DNA of 64,000 nt from Octopus vulgaris (Eukaryota), in the NCBI GenBank assembly GCA_951406725.2, contig OX597829.1, positions 14,818,001 to 14,882,000 on the forward strand. Direction: 5' to 3'. Every line of letters begins with the position of its first letter. The stretch's first letter is position 1. The notes beneath the pieces are model-generated. The model searched no databases. It saw only the letters and a program-made list of their open reading frames with translations, and was not told the origin of the DNA. Below are positions 41,720 through 54,879 of this stretch, piece by piece. The position numbers were made by a program, and so were the translations under genes.

Positions 41720-42466
41720 CATACATACATATATACATGATAGTCTTCTTATGGTTTGTGGCTATCAGGTGCACCCACAAGTACAATATTCGGCAGGATA
41801 TTAACCCAAGATCTTGAATTCACACGCACTAGATGGCACCTTGGGCATGGGGCTTCAACTATACCTCCAGGTCGGGTGAAGCCTTGTGAGTGGATTTGTT
41901 TGACGAAAGCTGAAAGAAGACCGTCGTGTGTGCGTTTATGTGTTCATGTGTGTATGTGCGCATGTGTGTGTGTGAGTGAGTGTGTGTGTGCACGCGCGAG
42001 TGTTGGTCCTGCACCATCACCTACTATCTCACGTTGGTTTCTTTACGTCTCCATAAACTAATACCATCAAGAGAGATCGCTAGAACAAGTAGCAGACTTT
42101 AAAAAGAAAAAAAAAACAGAAAAAAACCCAACGTAAGTACTTGTGGTAATTTGTTCGAATAGAACTTTAAGGCGGTACTCCAGCATGACCGCCTGTAGTT
42201 AAATTGATAAAAAAAAACTAAAAGATAAAAGATATTTAATTAATATAACTTCACAACAGATTTAGTTACACCACATCCTTTAGGATGCAGATTGCAAATG
42301 TGTATGGCTTTCTTCCTTCCTGCTTTCAGTAAATTTTCATGTGATCTGGCATTGCTTCCGCAACAGAACAAGTTTTAAATGCATATTCAGTTTTGTTTTG
42401 GTGACAGTCTATATACAGTAGAAAATAGCAATACTTATGTGTGTGTGTGTGTAGGCATATGTCTAC

Positions 42467-42558
<92 letters not shown>

Positions 42559-42580
42559 TATATATGAATATATATATATA

Positions 42581-42626
<46 letters not shown>

Positions 42627-43564
42627 GTATATATGTATACATGGATGTATGCATATTTACATGTGTGCGCGTGTGTGTACGCGTGTGTGTGTATATATAT
42701 ATATATATTTAGATACGTATGTGTATAGATACATATGTGCGCGCGCATATACACATGTATAATGAAGGGCGTTTCTTTACCGTTGAGTTGTCAGTTTATA
42801 GTTAACTATGGTGGTAGAAAAACTGCTGCCTAACCATGTTCTCTCGTGTTCAGTCCCGCTGCGTAGCACTTGGCACTGGGTCTCGAACTGCACACATAAA
42901 GCTATAAATAACAGTATGTAAATATTAGGTTAAAATACCATGTTTGATAGAAAAATTTGAGAGCAATCTTTAACATTTTCCCTCTAAAAGCGTTTTTCAG
43001 TCTAACATTTACATGCCATTTTTTATAAATAATAAAGGGTAAAATTAATTAATCAATTAATAATTAATAATTTTACCAAGTAGTTCGGTATGTTAAAAGA
43101 ACCATTTTCGGTAACCTTATACAACAATGCTATAACTATAAGCATAATTATATTTAGAGTTCAGCAAAAATTGCTTCACCACATACCGAAATTTTGAAAT
43201 AGCAGTAAAATACTATTCCACTACCATAAGATATCTCCAAGACAGTAATACTTCGGTATGTGGCGAAGCAATTTTTGCTGAACCTTAATTATAATTATGC
43301 TTATAATTATAGAATTTTTGCTATTATTTATTGGTATATGTGTGCACTACGAGATTTTTCAAAATAGTCATACATACATACGTAAATACATAAATACATA
43401 CATGCATACATGATGGCTGTTCCCTAGTTATCGAGTATGGTCATTGCACGAAGCTTAACTGTTACTGGTGCTGTGATCGTATGTGACTTTTTAGCCCATC
43501 CAAAGTTCTACAATGTCTTGTACAGAATTGGTAGCTAAAAATACATACATACATATATACATAC

Positions 43565-43960
43565 ATGGAGAAGTAATGCGGGACTTACAGCTTTTGTACC
43601 CTGACTCTGAATTCCCATTTTATTTATCTTCATAGGTGCATTGGGTTATGTACCTACAAATTTGTACAAAAACCTAGAAATACTCGGTTTCACGGGAAAA
43701 AATAAAAACTAAAGAGCCTGATACCGTATCTCCAAATCCAATCTATTAGAGGCACGATGAAAATTTGTAAAACATTCCAATTCTCTATCTGAGATTCTTA
43801 TGTGAATATATCTACACATTTGGATGTATGCATCTACAGTTCAAGAAACATACAACTCAACCACGTATTGAAAACGGTGGGAACTCTCTTAACTAAAAAA
43901 GACTTGTCGCTGTTAGCGACCGGCTTGAACTCATTCAAGTAGAACTTAAAACTTTAATAT
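43565..43960 (+). mobile_element. RLE-type LINE 3' end remnant
   Basis: GEVMRDLQLLYPD..IGALGYVPTNLYKNLEILGF..LQIQSIRGTMKICKTF, homologous to the 37040 remnant. Confidence 0.6.
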
Positions 43961-45171
43961 GCTTTGATATACATTAAACATTCAGTGACAGTCATATTTT
44001 TTTCCTTTATGGTATCACATTGCACATGATTGTTTGCCTTAATTTATGCGCGTTGTGTGTGTGTATGTGTGTGTGCTAATTTGTATGCAGAGTCATGACT
44101 GTGATATATATTGAATTTATATATGTATATATACATAAATATATATACACGCAAACACACACACATATATATATATATAAATGTGTGTGTACGTACTCAT
44201 GCGTATGCATATAAACGAACACACACACATGCATTTATCCATATACAGTTCATATAACGAAATTTGCTTGTTCATATCGTTGTTATTATGCAAAAGTCTC
44301 GAAAGTCCACAACGTTGCTTTTTCAGAAAATGAAAAAATAATTTCCCCATTCCATTTCTATTTCTTAACAATAATACTTTGTTGGGTGCATAAAATCGTA
44401 ACTCCATGCATGTATTATATTTTCAGTCAGAAATATATTTTCAAAATTGTCAGATGTGGGACTTACTACACTTTTGAAAAATGCTCAACCGTTGTACCAC
44501 ACTTTGACAATTTCCATATCTTGGCATCTGAATCAGCTGCAGATACGATAGTTTGACCAAAAGAACCGGCTATTGCAATCAAAATTAAATATCAAAAAAA
44601 CAAAATAAATTAAATATCGAAAAACAAAAACGCATTTGGCCAAATTTGGACATACGACAGTTTAGCATATTAGCATATTAGCATATTACTTGTTTCAATC
44701 AACAGATTGCGGGCATGCTGGGGCACCACCTCGATAGTTTAACCTGGTACTTATTCAATAGGTCTCTATTTGTCGACCCGCTAATTTATGACGTCGTAAT
44801 CCATAAATTCAAGTTCATGCATGCACACACATGCTCAAACATACAAGCATATACACACACATCTAAACTCGTATACATATATAAATACGACGGGCTTCCA
44901 CACAGATTCCGCCAACCAAATCCGCTCAGAAAGTTTGGCCGGCCCAGTTTATAGTAGAAGACACTTTCCCAGTGTTAAACATAAAAAATTCCGATGTTCT
45001 CCAGAAAGTGTTGAGAGCCGAATTGAAAGTCTTTCACAATTCTGTGATAAGAAGGCACTTCCCTAAGATGGTTGGCATTTAAAACAAAACTCGAAGTTAC
45101 GTGGTTGTAAATCGAGTTTCATGTCTGCACGTACGCTAGCACACACACACACATAAACATATGCCTATACA

Positions 45172-45233
<62 letters not shown>

Positions 45234-45935
45234 TATATGTATATATATATAATTATAACAATAAGGGTTTAGCAAGCAACAAGTTGCTTGACCACATACC
45301 TTAAATTTTAGAAATAGCAGCCAAAAGACTATTATTTCCTTTTTCTACAAAAGTATGTCTCCACAGACATATTGTTATAATTATTGTTATAATTATATAT
45401 AAAAAAACTTTTTGTATAAGTTTTTACCGAATATGGTTCTTTTCCATACCGAAAAACTACTAGGTGAAATTTGTTGATTTTATTAAATTAATAATCTTTC
45501 ACCCTATATCTGTAATGATATATATATATATTTGTAAGGTATATATCACTGGCAGTGCCCCAGCAAGGCCAGAGCCTAAGGGCTGAAATATATAAAAGAA
45601 TAAAAGAATATATTATGTTATTTTTGATTGCATATAATCTGTCACCAAAACAAAACTGAATATGTATATAAAACTTATGTTGCGGAAGCAATGCCAGATC
45701 ACATGTAACTCCATTGAAGGCAGGAAGGAAGAACGCCATAGACATTTGCAATTCGCATCCTAAAGGATGTTATTTAACTAAATCTGTCGCGGAGTGAAAG
45801 TGAGCCAGAAACCACGTGACTGCAGAGCAAGCTTTTGAAACACAGAGCTACAACCATTCTGAGACACGCCTTTGGTGTGATTGTATTTTATTTCTCATTC
45901 ACTTCACGACTCTCTCTCTCTTTCTTTTTCCCTTT

Positions 45936-45972
<37 letters not shown>

Positions 45973-46192
45973 GGACTGTTACTGGTGAAGTAGTGATCCG
46001 GACTGAGTTTCTCTGCCGTTGTCTTTCCTTTCATGATGTTGTTTCATCAGGTACCAAAGATAAGCTACACCTTGTGGGTTTCTGAGGCCCTTTCGTGAAG
46101 CATCGAAAGTTTATGGGCTTTAACCCTAACCCTACACTGTTTTAACCAAACCACCACTGACAGTTGTGTGTATATATATATGTATATATATG

Positions 46193-46276
<84 letters not shown>

Positions 46277-47544
46277 AGCGTGTGATTGTATGTCTGTGTG
46301 TACCTGTGTGTGTGAGGGAGAGAGAGAGACTCATATATGAGATATTTACCTGTTTTTTTTTATGTTTACAACATATAAAATACCGACACGTGTTTCTGTT
46401 ATGCAAGAGTTTTAAAACCCTTAGATACAATTGTAGCAATATACAGATGTAATGATGTACGAGAGAATATATAAGCTTTAGTTTAATATTCCCTGTATAG
46501 GTTCTACCTTCTTTTATTGGGATAGAACAAGTCCCTCTCTTACACTACTTAGATGATATTACGATTGTTGTTTTCTTTTCTTTTTCTATTCTTTTTCCCT
46601 TTTTGTCATAATCTGTCCACTACTTTTTCTGACGTAAATTTTTAGTTTTTGTTTAGTGTTTCCTTTAAATCAATAATTAATTTTATTATTACAGGTTTTT
46701 TTCCTAAATCCTTCACAACACCATTTTCTTTACCTTTTCGAATCCACTTACTGGTATATATTTCAAATAAATAAACAACACCTACTTCATCTCGATTTCC
46801 ACTTTAATATTTACCTTTAGTAATCAAGAAGTTTAATTTTGCTGATCTAAATCAAATCGTTGTTACTATAGCACAGAATTCATTTAATTACTTCATATGG
46901 GAGCGTCTTGCAAAAGTTGCCGGACATCTTTGGATCTATATAATAATATAATCCATTTAATATGGATCGATTAGCATTGAGAATCATAACATCTTGGTAT
47001 TATAAAACGCTTGTATAACAGAAAGCCGTGTCGGTATTCTATATGTTCTAACCTATTAATTAAAGATGTTTTATTCTCCATGCTAGTTTGTGTGTGTTCT
47101 TTTCTTATACTCTGGAATCTTATGCGAAACTCTTCGAAGTAAATTCCGGAATGATTAATCGGACAGGAGTACAACTGTTTTTTTACGCTCCACGCGATTC
47201 ATATTTCCTACTGCCTACTGGTCAATGTAGCAAATCAAGTCCAGATTGCAGCAGAAAGCGTATAAAGTATTTACTTGGATTCTGAGATCCCTGTTTCTTT
47301 GCGCACGCACGCGCGTGTGTGATCATCCTCTTTTCTGTATCAGAGTGAAAAGGAAACAAGAAGAGAAACAGTGAGAAGAATTATAACGGACATATTGAAT
47401 GAATGCAAATGGAAGGACGGTATAGTTGGAAGGCTACGAATTAGATGGAATGCGACCGGAATTTAGAAGGAAGAAATTGTTGGGAATATAAATGCATGTA
47501 TCAGAGTGTAAAGGTGACAGGAAATTGAAATAAGGGAAAGTAGT

Positions 47545-47635
<91 letters not shown>

Positions 47636-47667
47636 TACATAAACCTTAATGTGTGTTTATGAAGTCA

Positions 47668-48108
47668 CTGAGCTAGCAGAATCCTAAGCGTCGGTCGAAA
47701 TGCTTAGCGATATTTCGTCCCACTTTGCTTACTGAGTTCAAAATCCACCTAAGACTGCTTTGTCTTTAAATCTTTTGAGGCTCAATAAAATAAAGTACCT
47801 TTTGACCACTGAGGGAAGAGGAGATGGACAAGCACCTTCCTCTAAAACTTCAGGCCTTGTGCCTATAGAAGAAATTATTTTTGCTGTTGTTGCTATTAGT
47901 AAAGTCGGCAGCTGACAGAATCGTTAACATGCCGGGTAAAATGCTTAGCGGTATGTTGTCCGTCATTGTATTCTGAGTTCAAACTCCACCAAGGTCGACT
48001 TTGCCTTGCATTCTTTCGGGGTCGATAAATTAAGTATCAGTTGAATACTGGGGTTGACGTAATTGACTATCCCCCTCCCCAAATTTCAGTCCTATAGTAG
48101 AAAGGATT
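47668..48108 (+). mobile_element. Two tandem SINE family M copies with tail type 2
   Basis: Same head and core as 28779, but tails ttcaggccttgtgcctatagaag.. and ccccaaatttcagtcctatagtagaaaggatt(att)n. Confidence 0.75.
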
Positions 48109-48122
48109 ATTATTATTATTAC

Positions 48123-48162
<40 letters not shown>

Positions 48163-48177
48163 GATTGATTGATTGAT

Positions 48178-48729
48178 TGAAAGAGCAAAGCATGCTATCA
48201 AGGCGACTCTGAGGTACAAATACACGAAGCCCAGTATACCCATCATGACTACCTCTCTGATAAGGGTATACCAGGCACATGAATCGCATCCATATGTGTG
48301 CGATATGGTGATCTCATATCATTTAAACAGTGCATGGCATTGCAGGTGGGGCCCAGTTAGAATTTTCTTCTGGTTGAGTAAGCAATTCTACTCCAAAGGT
48401 CCTGAATAAGGGTTGTTTAAGGATGTTGAACGAAACACCCATATTTCCAGAGGTGAATTATTCAAACCCCAAAGAATCCATCTCAACACATGGCTATGAT
48501 GCACCCCGACTACTTCTGCTCGTGATCAGAGATGCACATATCGTCAGCCACTAACGGACATGCTCAACTGGTTAAAGTCAAACAACTGACAAACAAATCT
48601 GTGGCATTAAGCAGAATATTTGCTGTAGCCCATCTTTTATACCAAGACAAAACAATGTACATGAAAACACTTCCAATCAGTTAAGATCAGAAGCCATGAG
48701 AGCCACTGCCTGGTACTGCATCAGGGCAT
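48178..48729. mobile_element. Unclassified ~550-bp repeat flanked by (TTA)n, full copy
   Basis: Colinear with 56275-56813; (TTA)n on both sides. Confidence 0.85.
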
Positions 48730-48894
48730 TTATTATTATTATTATTATTATTCAGTAGTTTTATTTTTTATAGCGTGCTTTCACTTCACTACCGAGCGCA
48801 GCTCTGTGTGCCTTGGGTATGTGCTGTGATTTGTTGTGATGCTCTGATGGTTATTGTATGGAAAGTGTTCTGCGTAGGATGTGTGCAGTGCCTA

Positions 48895-49209
<315 letters not shown>

Positions 49210-49326
49210 CATCATCATCATCATCATTATTATTTTATTATTATGAAGACAAGGTGTATAAATTTTATTCTCAGGAAATAGGAAGGAAACATTTGTTACG
49301 TTTGGAGTATACAGTCATCTTCTGAA

Positions 49327-49370
<44 letters not shown>

Positions 49371-50412
49371 AGAGGGAGAGAGAGATAGGAGATAGAAATG
49401 GAGAAGAAACGATGAATATATAACCGTCATGACATGCTGAAATGACCGGAAGCGACAGAGAGGATAGTTTAGGTGTGAATGTCAATGAAGACAGTTTTGA
49501 ACCTTGCATATGTGTGTATGCGTGCGCGTGTGTGTGTTTGTGTATGTATGAAGCTCTCGAGAGCGTGTATACTGTTTATGGTTTGTGGCGTGTACATATT
49601 TGTGCGTGTTTATGTGTGTGTGTATGTACTAGCTTAGTGTTTGCGTATGTGTGTTTGTGAAACTGTTTCGTGCGTTTTATTAGATAGGTATGTCAGGTGA
49701 AATTGAGGGATATGTGTGGGATGGGATTAGGAAGAGTGGGTGTGTTTATATTTGATTGTTAATGTATGTGCGTATATAGGGAGCATGTTGCCCTGTAATT
49801 GAAGTGTGGATGTTAGTGTTAGTGTATGTGTATACTGTATAAAAAGGCTGGTGTGTATGGTGTTTGGATATTTTGTTAAATGGTGGGGGTGTAGATAGGT
49901 GTAGTGGGGTTGTTAAAGTGAATGTTGAGAAGTTGGTGGTGAGTGAAAATGTAGGTGTGCGTAAAAGTCGATTTAAATGGAACGAGGTTACGAATTTAGA
50001 CGGTAGGGGACTGAAGACTGGAGAGAAAAATTAATTTTTGCTCGCAATGAAAACTAGAATCCGGGATGGTGGTGGTGGTGACAGTGGTAGGTGCTTCTTC
50101 TGTGCTAAGCCAGTCCGGACACAGATGTCGAAGGGAATGATCAACCGAGTGGAAATGACGCGAAACCGGAATGCCATTCCTGAATTCTATATCCGTAAAT
50201 ATTCGGCAAAACGGTTAGCAAGGCGTCGAGCACTTTGCTCTCTGCGTGAGGAGAAGCAACAACAGCAGAGGATGCAGTAAATAAGATTAATGGACTAACA
50301 CACATACACATACTCACACGTGTATACATGTATTATATATATATAAACATACATGTATATATATATATACATACATATATATATATACATATATATATAT
50401 ACACATATATAT

Positions 50413-50473
<61 letters not shown>

Positions 50474-51035
50474 TATACATATATATATGTACATATATAT
50501 ATACATACATATATATATATAAACATACATATATATATAAATGTATACATACATAGCTATATTACACACCCACACATGCACACACATGAATGTATATGTA
50601 TATATATATGCATCAGTCTTAATATCCAGCTTAACTTTGTACCCCTACCATGGTGATGGATATTTTCCATCTGTTGCTGGCATTTCTGTGCTTTTTAGTA
50701 TTGTGTTCTATACGTGATGCTTTCTCAAGACGAATTAGCCATAGAATTAGCCACATTTAGTAGGATTTAGAAATTCCTATTCGTTTGTAATATATAACGA
50801 ATACCATCTTACAGAATCGTCAGTGCGTGGGTCGAATTGTTCGGTGGCATTTCTTCCGGCTTTTCTTAGGCGTCGTGAAAATAAGTGCGAGTTGAATACT
50901 GGAATTGATATAATCCATCCCAAAAGTCACGGCCTGCCAAAATCTGAAGCTATTATAAAATATATTTGTGTCGTTACGATTTATGCAAATAAAGAACGCT
51001 AAATCACCACATCACCGAAACATCATGGTTAAATA

Positions 51036-51256
51036 TACGAAGTGGTACTGCTAAGTTCCTGGCTATAAGAGTGTCGCAATAGGCCTGGTTGGTGGCCCAA
51101 CTTTCAAAGTTCTTTTACAGGGCTTAGAAAAAACTGAATCGCTGCTGCAATAAGTGTGTGAATCTGAGAAGGGGATATATTGAATAAAATCATAATTATC
51201 TGATCCTTTTATATATCCTTTTACACAAAGCTAGGGAATTTTCAGTGGCTTATATA
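51036..51256 (+). mobile_element. Mariner-derived non-autonomous element just upstream of exon B
   Basis: Contains KKLNRCCNKCVNLRRGYIE* (mariner C-terminal KC....G.Y.E motif); ends actgctaagttcctggct / agctagggaattttcagt are imperfectly inverted. Confidence 0.6.
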
Positions 51257-51321
51257 TGTCTAGGTTTATATATGAACATTTTTCACTAACTCACGCGGTT
51301 TTTGTGCTTTTTTCTTCCCAG

Positions 51322-51494
51322 GTTGTTGGACGGGAACTACTTCTTCACCTCATCGACTATTTGGTAACAAATTACCGAAGAAATAGCACGGTAACCAGGA
51401 TTCTACAGACGAGCGTCGTACATATCCTCCCTACAATCAATCCGGATGGCTATGCCCGAGCCACCCTGGGTGACTGTAACAGTGTCGTGGGAAG
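51322..51494 (+). CDS. CPM: M14B carboxypeptidase, internal exon B
   Basis: ttcttcccAG acceptor, GTAAGT donor at 51495; 173 nt; VVGRELLLHLIDYLVTNYRRNSTVTRILQTSVVHILPTINPDGYARATLGDCNSVVG(R). Phase 0 join to exon A gives HGNEVVGRE; NPDG motif present. Confidence 0.95.
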
Positions 51495-52000
51495 GTAAGT
51501 CCTAGTTTTACCCATCACCTAAGAATAATTAAATATTGTTTTATTTTTTAAAAATAATTACACTGTAGTATCTCTAAATATAATTACGTGTATCTTTTAT
51601 CAATATACACAAGAATTGACAGGTAGCATATAAGTTAAACTTTTATCCACACTTAGACCTGGCATAATACCCAGGCAGATTACAAAGGTACACACGTAAA
51701 AGATGGTAGACCAAGCCTAACCAGAAAACGGGAACGGGATAGTAACGCAATGCACCTGACTGCTGAAGAGTGACTAAGGGTAAACAAAATATAAAAAAGG
51801 AGGACACGGATGTAAACGGTGTAAAATGCAAACCAATACAGACGCACTCAAGAAACACTGTATAAAGTGTTTTTATACAAGCCAAACACAGAGCCTCACA
51901 GAGAACCACACAAAAATGCATACGTAGATACAGATATATAGCAGAGAAAGACAAGATTGAAGAAACAGGAATAGGCTTGATAGATGAAGGGTCACAGATA

Positions 52001-52043
52001 GTCACTGAAGAGGTCACAGAAGGTGTGACGAAAGAATAGTGAC
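52001..52043 (+). ncRNA. Hammerhead-like motif (C3-G8 core, imperfect stem III)
   Basis: GUCA-CUGAAGA-g-GUCACA(gaagg)UGUGAC-GAAA-gaauag-UGAC. Confidence 0.5.
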
Positions 52044-52088
52044 AAAGTGAAGATCAAATAAATGTGTTTATTCGCATAATGACCCCCC

Positions 52089-52126
<38 letters not shown>

Positions 52127-52129
52127 CAA

Positions 52130-52282
52130 ATTTGCAGTGTCGAAGATGTTTAATAGCCATTTAAAACACACACACACACAAAAACCCTGTTAGATTCACT
52201 TCGACTTTTAAATTCAATTTGTGTCAAAATATTTTCTTCGCTTTGAAACCGCGATCTGTTCACTGACAAAACCTCGTGCTGC
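52130..52282 (-). mobile_element. Copy of the G3-C8 hammerhead-bearing repeat
   Basis: Same family as 33567-34380; motif at 52222-52270 has an A-A mismatch at the first pair of stem II. Confidence 0.75.
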
Positions 52283-52283
52283 A

Positions 52284-52348
<65 letters not shown>

Positions 52349-52370
52349 GACAAATACATACACACACACG

Positions 52371-52440
<70 letters not shown>

Positions 52441-52448
<8 letters not shown>

Positions 52449-52847
52449 AACGCGCAAACTTTTGTCTGTCTGTCTGGGACCATACAATCTCAGTCTACAT
52501 GTACTCTCCTTAGACATATTACACCTTTTTGGAATAAGGATGATCCTGGTATTGAAAGTCTGCCCTTTGTCTGGTTCTCGAACATCCGGCATTGGGGTCA
52601 GGTGTGGATGACGATATTAGCATTTTCAACAAATTCTAACAGTTGAAAATTTAGATTTTAAAAGGCCTCTCAAAATTTGTGAACTTTCAAGCTGTTCATT
52701 CAAACTGAACCTAAAATATTGGTATGTGGTGCCAATAAATGGTTTATTATTATTAGTGTTTTTTCTTTAGTTTTAGACAGCAGACCCAATTAGCCCTTCA
52801 CGGGAAGCTAGCCCAAAAGCCCGTAAGGAGTGCGGCTTTTAAGCTAG
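52441..52847 (+). mobile_element. Non-autonomous Helitron with tandem 3' termini
   Basis: 5' (tatatataaac)..tgtctgtctgtc; 3' gcccttcacgggaagCTAG followed by hairpin aaaagcccg..cggctttt and aagCTAG|T. Confidence 0.6.
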
Positions 52848-52862
52848 TATACACACACACAC

Positions 52863-52938
<76 letters not shown>

Positions 52939-53049
52939 GTAGTAGCAACAGAAAAAAGGAATTTCGATTATCCCCACGTGGTGAATTGTAATGTATATAA
53001 GAAATTAAAAAAGGAAAATACGCACACTTACATAGTTTTAATATAAATT

Positions 53050-53545
53050 TTAATATATTGTATTTCTCAATACAATCAAAGAGATCTTGTGCAACTGTAT
53101 CCCGACTTCCTCTTTGGTCAGCTGAAAGCTGTTTTGGCCCAAAATTGGCAGACACGTCTCATATAACAAATCTTCAGTGATAATGCGCTTACCTGACCCG
53201 TAACTGATCTGCACATACTCTGATAACTCACGGATGGCAATTCGACGATTTCCCCTCACAGCTGCACGCGCGCCTGTTATGTTTTTCTGAGATCTGCTGG
53301 TCGCGGGTCCCCCTGAGCGTTCGACGATATCGACATTTTTTGGCCATCTTAGAAACGTCTGAACCACTCGTACACTTGTGTGCGGTTCATACACTCCTCT
53401 CCATACACTTTCTACAGCTTTGCGTAGGTCTCTGAGCAGGCATCATCATGATAACTTTTTCTGTCATAGTCAATGCGACGATCACACGCTACACACCTTC
53501 CTTCCAAGCACTGCTGTAAACAGCGGAAACGATCTAGAACGTTTG
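53050..53545 (-). mobile_element. Mariner transposase N-terminal (HTH) remnant
   Basis: ERSGGPATSRSQKNITGARAAVRGNRRIAIRELSEYVQISYGSGKRIITEDL and, in another frame, SANFGPKQLSADQ (WVPxxL-like). Confidence 0.8.
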
Positions 53546-54403
53546 TCCCCCTAGCATTGCTTGACAACCGATGCTGGTGTGTTTACGTCCCCGTCACTTA
53601 GCGGTTTGGCAAAAGAGACCGATAACATAAGTACTAGGCTTACAAAGAATAAGTCCCGGGGTCGATTTGCTCGACTAAAGGCGGTGCTCCAGCATGGCCG
53701 CAGTCAAATGACTGAAACAAGTAAAAGAGTATATGTCTATCGATCAATCGGCTCGAGGATATAGCAGGACACAATCGCCCAGTTTCCGCCAAGCAAAGCT
53801 TCTTAGCCACACATCTTCGTCTGCGGCTATGGCGGGGATGGTTATTTCCGCACTTCGGTCTTCGAGTTAGCATTGCTTCTGGTTAGCGTGCTGATATGAT
53901 AATGATGTGGATGATGATGATGATGATGATTAGGAGGCAGAGGAAGAGGAAAAGGTGGTACGCGATATGTGGTAGTGTTGTTGATGCTACTGGTGACGAT
54001 GGTGTTAATGATAATGTTGATGTCGATGAAGAGGATAATTGCGATGATGTCGACAGTAATGATAATGTGAATATTCTGATGATGATTATGATGATGTTGA
54101 CAATGACGATGATGATGAGGATAATAATGGTCAGGAAAATGGTGAGGATGATATTGATAATGACGACGACGAGGATGATGGTGACGGCTATAATACAGAT
54201 CATAAAGAAAATCAAGACAGCGATGAGAATGATGACGAATTTGCCGACGATAATGATGATGATTCTCTGTTAAATTTAAATGCTGTTGAATGTTATTTTC
54301 TCAAACTAACCTTCAACCATCTTCTTTTATATATTACTTCTCCGTTCTTTGCATCAAAATTTTATATATGTTTATTTATTAATATTGTTTTTTCTCTCTT
54401 TAG

Positions 54404-54585
54404 GTATAATAGACGCATGTCTGACCTGAACCGAAATTTCAATGAAAATCCTGCTTCAGCAAAAAAAATCGAACCTGAAACCCGAGCAATTATGAATTGG
54501 ATTCGCTCGAATACATTTGTATTATCTGCTAGCTTTCACGGTGGAGCCGTCGTCGTTAACTACCCGTTTGACTACACGAGAGGGA
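54404..54585 (+). CDS. CPM: M14B carboxypeptidase, internal exon C (NRNF substrate motif, third Zn ligand)
   Basis: tctctttAG acceptor, GTAAGT donor at 54586; 182 nt; (R)YNRRMSDLNRNFNENPASAKKIEPETRAIMNWIRSNTFVLSASFHGGAVVVNYPFDYTRG. Phase 2 join to exon B is in frame. Confidence 0.95.
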
Positions 54586-54662
54586 GTAAGTTAAAATTGT
54601 TATACACAGTACATGTATATATATTTCTATTTCTAAGCACACACATACACAAATATACACAA

Positions 54663-54714
<52 letters not shown>

Positions 54715-54806
54715 CGGCATGTGTGTGTATATATGCGTAATGTATATTTATGTGCGTCTATGTGTGTGTGAAGATATATATAAACGCAGCGCGCTATATA
54801 TACATT

Positions 54807-54879
<73 letters not shown>

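Noticed and set aside
46119-46134. ttaaccctaaccct telomere-like repeat
   Set aside because: Only two units; not an interstitial telomeric array.
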